Below are positions 52,927 through 64,000 of a stretch of 64,000 nt of DNA, piece by piece (within the stretch, counting starts at the first letter, position 1; every line of letters begins with the position of its first letter). Under the pieces are notes generated by a model. The model did not search any database. It was given only the letters and a program-made list of their open reading frames with translations, and had not been told where the DNA came from. The DNA is from Azolla caroliniana (taxonomy: Eukaryota; Plantae; Polypodiophyta), in NCBI GenBank assembly GCA_043228905.1, contig JBHGNT010000018.1:806001-870000 (forward strand). The letters run 5' to 3'. The translations under genes and the position numbers were made by a program.

Positions 52927-53466
52927 TGTTAGTCAGCCATCTACCTGGAGTCAGAGTCGGGCAAATGTGAAAAGTAGTCAGAGTCGAAGTTGAAGAGTAC
53001 GAATAGGAGTCAGAATGTGAAAGGACAGAATTCGAATATAATGTAACTTTGCCAAGTATAAACATTAGAGTAATATTAAGAAATAGAACGGTTTTGGTAT
53101 AACTGTAGGTTCTTGCTGAACAAGGCAAGTGTAAATCTTGGAGAGAGACTCTCAGGTCACCTATAAAAAGGGATTGAGAGCATTGTAACAATATCGGTCT
53201 ATTTTGATTAATATAAGTTTTGGCAGTTAGAGTATATACAACGTCGACTACTCTGTGTATTTTTCTATCTCTCATTGTGTTGTATGTTTGGATTCAGTCT
53301 CTACTACACAGATTATATTATATCTAATAGTCGGTCAGGAGTGTATGATTAAATGATCTTTGTACACTTGTTTCTGAGTATAGAACTAGTGTCGACCAAC
53401 CCATATCTCACCACAATCTTCTTGATCGAACGTTAAGAGTAGAACGTTTGACTTATTGTGTCTGTC
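52927..53466 (+). repeat. 5' LTR of element B, 3' tip lost in a deletion that joins it to RNase H
   Basis: Aligns to 57046-57559, then runs into LSERN..NKFQHYLLGRKF; TATA box CTATAAAA at ~53161. Confidence 0.9.
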
Positions 53467-54745
53467 TGAACGGAATTTACAGTGGGACGCTCTCAGCATG
53501 ATATACCGTGTGAACAAGTTTCAACACTACCTACTGGGTCGGAAATTTACATTCCATGTCAATCATTCTGCCCTAATGTTCTTAGTGTCGAAGCAGTCAT
53601 TGACTGGAAAATTGGCAAGATGGACGTTGCTCTTACAAGGATTCGAATTCGACATTACCCATCGTCCAGGAGTCCAACATGCAGTTGCCAACTATTTAAG
53701 TCGATTGGAGTCAGGAGAACCAAGTACAAGTGTTTGCGTTGATTTTCCGGATGCACAATTGTTCTGAGTTGAAGTTGAGCATTCGACAGAGGTCAATGAG
53801 GAAATAACTGATCTATGGATCACAGAGATGACAATGTTCCTCTGTATAGGATTGCCACCAGAAGGCATGTCACCAGATGAGCGCAAACAATTAACAGTTC
53901 GGAGTCGGAATTTTTGCCTACTCAAGGAAACGTTGTGTCATAAGGGAGTAGATGGCATATGGAGACGAGGGGTTTGACAATTTGAGAAGTAAGATATTTT
54001 ACACGAGGCCCATTGCGGTATTGTTGGCGGGCAATATGCAGGCGACACGACCGACCGGAAAATTTGGCACAGTGGATTATGGTGGCCGATGACGCTAAAG
54101 GATGCAATCAATTACTGTTGGCAATGTGATTTGTGCCAAAGAATCGGCCAACCAACTGAATGAGATAAAAGGCCACATCAACCGGTATTGCGGCTTGAAC
54201 CTTTCCAAAAATGGGGTCTCGACTTTGTTGGACCATTTAAACCAATAACGGCAAGAACTGACAACCGATATATCATAGTCGTTATAGACTATTGTACAAA
54301 ATGGGTAGAAGCCAAAGCTCTTTGAGATAATATGATAACTTTAATGACAAAATTCCTCTATGAATACATATGGTGCAGATTCGGCTGCCCAATTTAATTA
54401 GTAAGTGATCAAGGTACTTACTTTGTTAATAAAGTCATTCATGAATTATCAAATTACTATGTAGTAGTGCATAAAAGGAGTACACCGTACTACCCACAAG
54501 CTAATGGGCAAGCCGAGTCGACAAACAAAACAATTCAAAGGAAGATCGTCAATGAAAATCGGATCGACTAGGATCAAAAGCTGCGCAATGCCCTATGGCC
54601 ATACCGAACAACGTACAAGACTATGATCAGGTCGACTCCGTTCAGGATGGCATTTGGGTTAGACGCAATGATGTCGATCGAGTTCCAAATTCCCACTCTG
54701 CGTGCACAGGTGACAGAATGACTAGATGAGGAGCAGTTGGAACGA
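53467..54745 (+). pseudogene. RNase H - integrase remnant of element B
   Basis: [51 protein letters not shown]; many stops. Confidence 0.9.
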
Positions 54746-57000
54746 ACGACAATATTGCATGCCTAAACAACGGATTGGGTTCATCATAGCAACGTATGAA
54801 GGTGCTACGATCGACTGGGGATATATCACTGGTGTCACGCTTAGAGAACAATTGCACGGGGTGTATAATTGGAAGGCCATGAAGCTGATTTTTGCACGGT
54901 GGTTGGTAGTATTATGTCCCACATTGGTAGTTGATGCATGACGTAAGACCTCGAAGAAGGAAAAGGGGTAGTCATCACAAGCAAGGGTGAAGGAATCGGT
55001 ATGCAGACTAGTACCACGCGACGTGTGGCAAGAACCGGAGCCGACACAAGCACCAAGACCCGAGACCCAGCAACAACCGAACCATGCCCTGATAACTGAC
55101 AACAGAAGCCAGTCGAGCCGATACCCGACACTCAACAGTCAACTCAAGTACCAGAAACCAGTAGGCCACAAACAAAATCACGACCATCACCACGTATGAA
55201 ACAGAGGAGTAAGCAATTGGCATCACAACAAGTTTTCACTGACCAATCGAATCAAGAAGAATGACAACCAAAGAAAAGAAGTAGCGTCGAACCGCAATCG
55301 GCCGAACAACAACAGTTAGCCGAACAACAACCAATCGAATATACCAAGAGATGGACAATGGAGAAGTGGAAAGCGTCGACAATCTCCCCGAACAAGGTCC
55401 TTGGACTACCTGACATTCCACCAGTGGCCCATGAATTCGCGGCCCTACTCTAGTTCGACACATCTTACGAGCTGGTGGATTGGTTAGCCGAGCGATTACA
55501 ATTCGCTTCCGACCTCTTAGCACAAGAACATAAGGATCAAGAAATGATTTAGAAGGCCATGCTCGGAGACCTCGAGCTCGAAGAAGAAAGGGAGCTACAA
55601 CGAATCGGTTGGCAACGCGATGTCAAGAATAGAGGTATGACAATTCAAATACCCCCTCTTAATACTTCTCTAGTTGAAGTACACTAGGAGCTAGCAAGGA
55701 CCACTAGGGCAGCAAAAGATATGGTAGAAGTTTGCAAAAAGGCGATAAAAGCATCCGACTTGATGCATATAGAGTGGTCAACGACCAAGAAGAACAATGA
55801 AGAATTGTCGGCTTGACTCCAACAAGCGGAAGAAAGTTAAAAGAAATGAATGAACATCTCCAAACCTACGACTTTCCTGGAACCCCACATGTACCAGACA
55901 AACAATTATGGGATCAACTACGAACCACGGAGAAAGAAGTCGAACACACCAATAAGAAGGCAAAAAAGCCGAAGAAAAGTTGCAGAAAATGAAGGATTGA
56001 ATTGAGTTAGCTAAAACGCAAATCGGGGTCCTCGTGGATGCCAAGGATGGGGAAATAAATGTCCTTAGTCGGCAACTACAACAACAGACAACGGTGAAGT
56101 ATGAAGAGAAAAAAAAGGTCGCAGAGCTTGAAGTGTATATAAAATTGCAGGAGCATTATTCCAACCATAGTGCTCAGCTCGAGCTGGAGAAGTCGAAAAT
56201 GACCACAAAGTACAAGCAACTGGTGACGAAGTATGAACAAAAGAGGCCGGCATTAATGGCAGCATAAGCAAAATTACAATTCAACCAAGGTTTGGCAGAA
56301 GTTTGACTCGCTGAAATGTGAAAGGAAGTGGACACTATGCAATACAGAGTAAGCATGGGAGAGGAAAAAGTGTGCCTCATCTTATCTGCGCACAAAGCCA
56401 GGATGTGCCACATGGTCGTCGAATCCCTGGATAAAAGCTGGAAGACATGGTCAGCACAAGCTGCCGAATTACAACTGCTACGAGTTGACCATGAGAACAG
56501 AAAGAAGCAAGGGCGAGGCTTTTTCAATATGGACGAAGCAACGATCACCACAATTCAAGAAGAGCTCGCCATGGACATATACGAGCTTTCCACAAGCCAC
56601 AAGGAAGAGATCACAAGCTCATGGAGGAATACGACGACCAACAGATGGGCACAACCGTGCAACTCGATGCCTATGAGAGAGAACGTCGTCAACAGACACG
56701 AGAATTGGGGGCAATAGGAGGTGACGACCTATCTCAAGAAGAATTTAGCCAGACCATCCCAATAAGCAACACAAGAGGCAATACCGAATAGGAGGAGGCT
56801 GAGGTAGAGTCGACGATGCGGTCGGAGGAGGAGCTTCACATAGAAAACCAGCCGCATCCAACTGACCCCGAAGTTCAAGCAAAAGAGGAGCCGACACTTT
56901 TTGACATATTGAATGAAGAGGCAAGTGACCTCGACGACGACGACACGATTAACGATGAGTCGGTCGCCGACAATAATGAGGAAAACAACTAGGAGTAAAC
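54746..57000 (+). pseudogene. Extra 3' ORF remnant of element B, homologous to 2500-4824
   Basis: MPKQRIGFIIATYEGATIDWG, PDIPPVAHEFAALL, IPPLNTSLVEVH, WSAQAAEL..ENRKKQGRGFF. Confidence 0.82.
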
Positions 57001-57026
57001 GGTTGGGTTTGACCATGCAAGGCACT

Positions 57027-57043
57027 GTCCCATGGGTGTGCCA
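57027..57043 (+). promoter_or_regulatory. tRNA-3'-end-like motif GTCCCATGGGTGTGCCA at the PPT position of element B
   Basis: Ends in CCA 2 nt before the 3' LTR; homologous to 2382-2398. Confidence 0.75.
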
Positions 57044-57045
57044 TG

Positions 57046-57584
57046 TGTTAGCCAGTCAGCTACCCGGAGTCGGAGTCGAACGAATGTGAAAAGTAGTCAG
57101 ACGAAGTCGAAGAGTACGAACAGGAGTCGGAGTGTGAAAGGATAGAATTCAAATATAATGTAACTTTGCCAAGTATAAAAATTAGAGTAATACGGTTTTG
57201 GTATAATGCAGGTTCTTGCCGAACAAGGCAAGTGTAAATATTTGAGAGAGAGTCTCGGGTCACCTATAAAAAGGGACCGAGTGCATTATAACAATATTGG
57301 TCTATTTTGATTAATATAAGTTTTGGTAGTTAGAGTAGATTCAACGGTGTTGACTACTTTGTGTATTTTTCTATCTGTCACTATGTCATATGTTGGGATT
57401 TAGTCTCTATTGCACAGATTATATTATATCTAATAATCGGTCATGAGTGTATGATTAACTGATCTTTGTACACCTATTTCTGAGTATAGAACTAGTGTCG
57501 ACCAACCCATATCTCCACCACAATCTTCTTGACCGAATGTTCGACCTATTGTGTTTGTCAACTACAACAGTCGGCAGGGTAACA
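57046..57584 (+). repeat. 3' LTR of element B (539 bp)
   Basis: TGTTAG...GGTAACA, followed by TSD ACTTT. Confidence 0.92.
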
Positions 57585-58743
57585 ACTTTGGAACTGCAAA
57601 TGTGCACATTTCTTCCAAGATCACCAAGGGTTGCATATCCTCTAGAAAATTGAGCAAAAGCAGCCTTTCGTAAGGAGAATTGAGGCCTTATAAATGTTAC
57701 TACTATGCATTTATAGGGTCATGTGTATGCCTCCTTTTCCTCTCCCAAGAAAAATGTTACTTCAAAGGTTGTTATGCATGCTTGAATCGTATTAAACACC
57801 ATCCCTTTAGTTTTATCTATGCTTATGGACAAACATTTCTTCATACAGAATACTTTTAAGGCCTTTGGATATCTTTGTAGTCATGATGGAGTGTTAGAGA
57901 TCAACAATATTTCATCAATATAGTAATATTGGTATGCTATGCCTATTAGGTATGCTCCTAAACTGCTAAATCTCTCTGTCATACGATACCTCATGTATAT
58001 AGAGACCAAAGAGGGTGGGTGATAGTGGCCATCCTCATTTTACCCCAATTGTGCTAACCACATCCTTTGACAACTCATTGGGAGACCACATCTTTCCTAA
58101 CGCGGATTCATACAATGCATATATTCCCAGATAACATATCTATAGGTTCATCTAGGGTTTCTAGTTGTTGCATGAACCAATCACGTGGTACTATATTGAA
58201 GCTTTCTCCGATTTGCTCGATAAGCCCTCTACTATGGTAAGAATTCACGACTATGATCAATGTAACATCAAGGGGATGGTTATTCACCAAGAAGCAAAGC
58301 ACTTCATTTGGACAGCATGAAACACATATTCATATGTGGGGGGTTTTTTCCACACAAGTGGAACCCACACCTGAAAAGATAATAAGTAAAAGGGAAGGGG
58401 CTATTTCTGTAATTTCAGTACTACTTTTTCGTATTGCTTATATGCCCCTACAGAGGGGTACTGTAAGAAATAAAAAAACATAAAATAAACAAAGCCAAAG
58501 AGGGCTGAAAATCAGAAAACAGAGAGTGAAAAAACAGCTTGAGAGAAGACAGAGACATTAGGAAAAAACAGAGAGGGAGACACAGAGAGATGGATTAAAA
58601 AGCACAAGAGATAGGAAGTGAAGGAGTGAGCTAGAGACAACGTTGATCTCAACTGGTACCGTAGCCCTACTTCTGTCATCTGTGGAAGAGTTCTACTCTC
58701 TATCGATCTCACGCACTACTCACACTTGCAGGTAAACCGTCCT

Positions 58744-59328
58744 CTTGTAAAATTGTAAATTCTTTTATTGAAAGTTCTTTCTCAGTTTTCCTCTCCATTG
58801 AAGGATGGATAGGCATGTAAAAAAAACTACTCTGTTTTTTCTTGTAACATGGACATCACTGGTTTGATATGTCTTATTCTATGGCAATGTGGAAAAATAT
58901 TATACAAATCAATTTTCTCTTGGGTACATGAGTGATGAAGAGTGGACATGTATTTTGAGCTGTTTCAATAGTGTTTTGGAAGAAGCTCTGGAATGTAGGT
59001 GCAATCAGAACGTGAATTTCAGTAGGCAGAGACTTGGGATCTCTTGTCAGTTTTGATCTTGTGCCACATTTTCTCATTTAAGTGTTTCTAATGAGTCTCC
59101 AAGATAATGCTTCGGAGGATGTAGTTTGGGCTTGATTATGTTTGTGTAGAAGTTGAGCTTACATACCTCTTGTAAAAGTGTAAATTCTTTTATTGACAGT
59201 TCTTTCCGAGTTTTCCTCTCCATCGAAGGATGGATGGGCTTGTAAACAAACTCCTCTATTTTTTCTTGTAACATGTACATTACTGGTTTGATGTGTCTTA
59301 TTGTATGGCAGCGTGGAAAATATCATAC
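58744..59328. repeat. ~160-bp diverged direct repeat pair (58744-58905, 59169-59328)
   Basis: CTTGTAAAA.TGTAAATTCTTTTATTGA...GTGGAAAA occurs twice. Confidence 0.8.
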
Positions 59329-60528
59329 ATGTTTTGCTCAGCAAGGTTTAAATTGAAACAACTCAAGAGTTATCCATTTAAGGTAGTGAAGTTTGGAATG
59401 ATAATTGGATAATGGAACACTAATAAAGTTTGTGCTTGTCTGAAAGACATTTCTGACACAATGCACAATGCATTGTGAAAGCTCATTTTAGACATTTCTG
59501 ACACGATGCACAGTGAAAGCTCAAAGAGGGTCCTATTGAAGTGAAAGTGGCAGAAAGTACTGTTAGAAAACACGTATCATTTACAACAAGTACAAGATAT
59601 GCTAACTGGTATTTCTATTTGATTGGAGTATAAATATTTAGCATGCTCGGCATGAATAAGAACTTGAATCAAGACACATCAAATGTGGGTGAGTGTGGAG
59701 TTCTGAAGGGGTGTTCTTGTATTGTCACAGAAATGATAATATCTTATTGTGTGGAGGGGGTGTGGGGATACTTCATGCAATTATTTATCAGATATTTTGA
59801 GATTTTCTTAAAGGGCGAACCTTTGGTAATGGTCAGTTTGAGGATTTCTCCATAACCATAATTGTTTAAAGTCTATCTTCACATTATGACCTTGCTCTTG
59901 CAACTTTTAACGCATGGATTTAGTTATTTCTGAGATATGTATGCAACAAACCCTAAATCTAGAGTTGAGGAGCACTACCTGATATACAAGGACAACACCA
60001 ATTAATAATACAATCTCTTACCAATGATATGGGTAGCAGCTAGGGCAGACCACTCGTGTTATTTGAGGTTCAAACACGAAGAGAGTGGATGCTAGCTAAC
60101 TAGCAAATAAAGGGAGCATCGATATTTCCTCATGCCTAGCTTAACCATAATCCTCACTAGGCTCTTCTTTGAATCTTTGCTTAAGAAATTGTGTTACTAG
60201 AGGTCCTACCAACCCCATAAACCCACCTCCTCCTTGTTCATTGGTATCCCGTCCCATGAGAGATCTCGCAAATATCGTTGCCAAAGATGTCAAGCAAAGT
60301 TGCCCTTATGTTGCTTACTCCTACATTGGCTTTCCCTGACTTTTGCTTTGACACATCTAACAACGTGTCCAATGACAAGGACTTCTGTATCTCGACATCG
60401 TAGCTCCCGTCCTCAGTGTATTCCCTATTTGGACTCCCATTCTCATCATTTTTATATCCTTCCCTTGAAGATTGGAAGCTTTCTCCTATTTGCTCCTTTG
60501 CGTGATCGATGAGACCTCCGCAATGGCA

Positions 60529-60581
<53 letters not shown>

Positions 60582-60584
<3 letters not shown>

Positions 60585-61840
60585 TTAACGTCTTCTAAGA
60601 ACAAAATTGGCCCATGAGACAATTGATTTACAATAAAAATGGGGTATTTACCCATTCTTCGAAAGTAAAAAAAGAAAGAAAGAATAAAACTTAAGCTAAA
60701 GAGTTCTAGCAAAAGAAAACATGTTCTATAAGGAAATGACTTTATACTAAGTCTAGTTTCATTTCCATCCAAGTCTCTCAAAAAGAAGCGGGAGGTCAAA
60801 GGGTTTCGATGTGGAGGTGGCCCGTGGTCCCAATGGAAAGGATACCGCTACCATAGCTACTAGGTGGTGTAGCTCACATTCCCTTATCTTCTTAATTGTT
60901 TCTACTCCACGTCGAGTCGCTTTGAAGCCCGACATCTGAGGACGTTTGGTTGTTCTTTGCATTTCTGCTTCATTAAGAGAGAGGCCGAGTGGTGTAGGTG
61001 TGTCCACATTCATCGTCTCCTTGTTCCTGAAAATTTATATTAGTTACATGTTGGTGAATATGAAAATATTATGGTTAACCTTTTGTAGTTTTTCCTCCCT
61101 ATGTTGTTTTAGCTCTAAGATATACCTACCTACTCTCTTTATATCCAGGGTGTCTAATAGTTCGGAGAGGGTGGGAGAGGGTTGTAGTATATCTTGGTAT
61201 TTCGCCCTTATCTCGACATAAGTTGGACACTTGCATGTAAAGTGATACTCATCCTCTATCTCTATGTGACATAACCTACATAGCCTTTCCTCTCTAGGGA
61301 CTTCATTAGTATGACCGTGCTCAATCTCAAGTTGGTGAGATGATATCGTAAGTTGTCCAATGGCCACCCTTAGTGCATTTGTCAAGAATGTATCTAGATA
61401 TTTTGGTCGTGTAATAAAACCTAACTTGGAGAAGTGCATGAAGTGTTCCTTATAGTACAACATTTTAGATGGGAGTGGCTCTAGTGGGGTGATCCATTTA
61501 TATCGGGTATAAATTTGCCATATTTCTTGGCGTATTACTTTATTACGATCCTCATGAGAGATTAAAGTTTGATTAGTCCCATGGTTGTACTTAAGGGGAG
61601 GTAGGTTATTAATGTCTATGTCATTTGCAAGTAACCAACGCACTACAATGCTATACCAAGAGCTACTATCTCCGGACTCATATAGGGATCGGGATGCCTC
61701 AAAAGCTTGACGGGATATCCTATCTTGTGGTTGGCTATGTATCCTATGAATAAAAACTACCAATTGAAAGAGTGCTTCTACCAACATTGGGAGCAAACTG
61801 AACTCTGCTCTAATAATGTCAAGTGGTACTGTCGATTTGC

Positions 61841-61843
<3 letters not shown>
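60582..61843 (-). mobile_element. 5'-truncated non-LTR retrotransposon with RTEX-like C-terminus, bounded by (GA)n on both sides
   Basis: ORF 61044-61796: QLTISSHQLEIEHG..PREERLCRLC..EDEYHFTCKCPTYVEIR; (GA)n at 60532-60581 and 61844-61877. Confidence 0.78.
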
Positions 61844-61878
<35 letters not shown>

Positions 61879-62403
61879 ACATAGTGTGTGTCAATCCTCT
61901 TTTGCTTTTGTGCCCAGAAAGCTATTGTTTTTGTAAATGTATTGTTTAATGTGCAAGAGGTGTCGGGGGCATTCCTTGGCATTGTGTGACAAGCACTCAC
62001 ATTGCATTTTCCTTTGGAGAGGCCAGCATACAGCTTGTAACCTCTGGGGTCTTGCACTTCTGAGGGATCGCAAACAAGAGTCCGTCCAATGGGATTGCCT
62101 TTTGGAAGCCTCAACCAATGTCTTCTGAGGTTAAACTAACATCAACACTTGCCAAATTGTCACACAAATTAAGAAAATGCTTGTCTTAGATTAAATAGAT
62201 AATGAAGTCCCAAATTTAGATTTCATGAGGGCTGGTGATATTAGTAATATGGAGGCAATTGCAGAAGAAGTAGAGCACTAGGGGTGCATCTGGTAATTAG
62301 GGAGAAGATCATTACACAGAACACAGAGACAGAGAGACAGGCAGGCATTCAGCTAACCCTAGCAGACAGAGGGATCTGATAGCTTATCTGTGATTTTGCA
62401 GAC

Positions 62404-63343
62404 ATGTCGTCTTTGAGGAATGCCATTAAACGTCGTGCGCATAAGGAGCGTTCTCAACCGTAAGCTTACACCTTTTTAATGTATCCTACTGTTTTTCTCT
62501 CTCCTTCTCCCAGTCTATTTTCTGTTTACATTGTTCTCTGTAAAATAATCTGTGCAGAAGCGAACGACAGAAGTATGGCTTGCTTGAGAAACACAAAGAT
62601 TATGTGCTTCGGGCACGAGACTTTCACCGTAAAGAAGATACAATCAAGGTATGAATCATCTTTTTCAACTTATATTTCGGTCTCAGGAATTTTTCCTTTT
62701 GTTTATTTCTTTGGACTATATTTATTTCTTTATTCTAATCTATGGATATATGTAAAGAAATGGTTTATAAGACATAGTTTTGCGGTCTCCATAGATGTCT
62801 ATTGGGGAATTAGACATTATTAAAGCTATCTAGGGGTCAAGACCAGAAGTTGTCATCGTAAATTATCATTGAATGTATTTCAGAAACTTAAGGAGAAAGC
62901 AGCAACTAGAAACCCTGACGAGTTTTATTACAAAATGCTCAATACAAGAACTGCTGATGGTGTTCATAGACCCAAGTAAGTTTCATTTTCTTTTTGTGGA
63001 AGTAAATTTGTTTTCACAGGCTCCTTTTATTGGCTCTACTTGCTCTTTTTAATAGTACTTTTCATTGTTCTAGGACCATTGCCAAACAATATACACATGA
63101 AGAACTGATGCTTATGAAAACCCAGGATATTGGATATGTACTTAGTAAAGCACAAAGTGAATGCAAGGTGAATGGGAGAAAAGATAGAGAAGATGGTTTG
63201 AGTAATTTATCTGTTCACTATTGGTATGTGTGGAAAATGACTTGATCTTCTGACCTATTATAGAAAGTAGAGCGACTAAAAGCAACCTTGCATTCGACTG
63301 ATCAAGAACGAATAAACAAGCATTTATACTTTGCAGTGGACAG
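62404..63343 (+). CDS. UTP11: U3 snoRNA-associated protein 11, 5' part; exons 62404-62459, 62558-62648, 62884-62975, 63074-63167, 63264-63343; continues past the window
   Basis: MSSLRNAIKRRAHKERSQP, GLLEKHKDYVLRARDFH, RNPDEFYYKM, LMKTQDIGY; all introns GT-AG and in phase. Confidence 0.96.
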
Positions 63344-64000
63344 GTAACCTTTTTATTGTTAGGTTTAACTTGATCTGGATAATTATTTTCAATAGCTTTA
63401 CAAAATTGATAGATAACAAAAACTCTGAAATTATGATTATACCCTAACTACCCAATTCCATTAAATCTTTATTCATAGTAGCTTCTTTTAGTACATTGTG
63501 TCATAGAATGTGATTCAACCTGTCTATGAAAGTTTACTTTACTCTTAGGAGTTTTGGAAATAAGCTTGAAGGGATATTTTAGTGCTGCTTCTATCCTCTC
63601 ATGTATGATAATCCCTAGGGATTCAGACCTTCAACTCGTATGTATGATATAATATCAAGTTGTATGATGGAACTCCCACTTTTGAGCATTCTTAATTACA
63701 GATCGTGATTGAGTCACTCTCACTCATTATGTTCTTCTTGAATCTGTCGTATTCTTGTGTCAAGGGATTAATCTCTAGTTGTAATCTTGGTTTCTTTCTT
63801 TTATTTAGTTTGAGGATCGAAAATCCATGATCCTCATGAAACAAACTTCCATTGTGCTACTTTCCTGGATTCCTCAATCTTGACCTGTGAAACATTGTGC
63901 AGATTTCTTCTTTTTGCGACTGCTTCTAACTCTGGATTTCAGTCATTGTGGCAGATTATTCGAGGTTTTATAAGTTTCCTAGGGTCACAACTAATGAATA

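Larger units (their letters stand above)
52927..57584 (+). mobile_element. Ty3/gypsy element B, internally deleted relative of element A
   Basis: LTRs begin TGTTAG (52927, 57046) and the element ends TAACA (57584); TSD GCTTT/ACTTT; RNase H and integrase remnants close to element A; extra ORF remnant. Confidence 0.93.

Overview
AT-rich land-plant nuclear DNA; a fern or other seed-free plant is my inference from the element types. 1-12.2 kb is a decayed Ty1/copia element (minus strand) split by a nested 8.7-kb Ty3/gypsy element A (440-bp LTRs, 5-bp TSD). A related, internally deleted gypsy element B lies at 52.9-57.6 kb. Six host genes are supported: an OVATE-family protein, a tetraspanin with a very long extracellular-loop insert, a FAX/TMEM14-like membrane protein, an IRX10-like GT47 xylosyltransferase, a His-rich giant SAUR, and the 5' part of UTP11. 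Intergenic DNA holds LINE remnants, a hAT-type MITE complex forming an inverted duplication, and tandem repeats. The most striking signal: both gypsy elements lack a polypurine tract before the 3' LTR. Instead, 2 nt before it, each has a 17-nt motif resembling a tRNA 3' end (consensus GTCCCACGGGCGTGCCA), in effect a second, inverted primer-binding site. Both also share a conserved ~750-aa extra ORF after integrase. All alignments and counts were done by eye.
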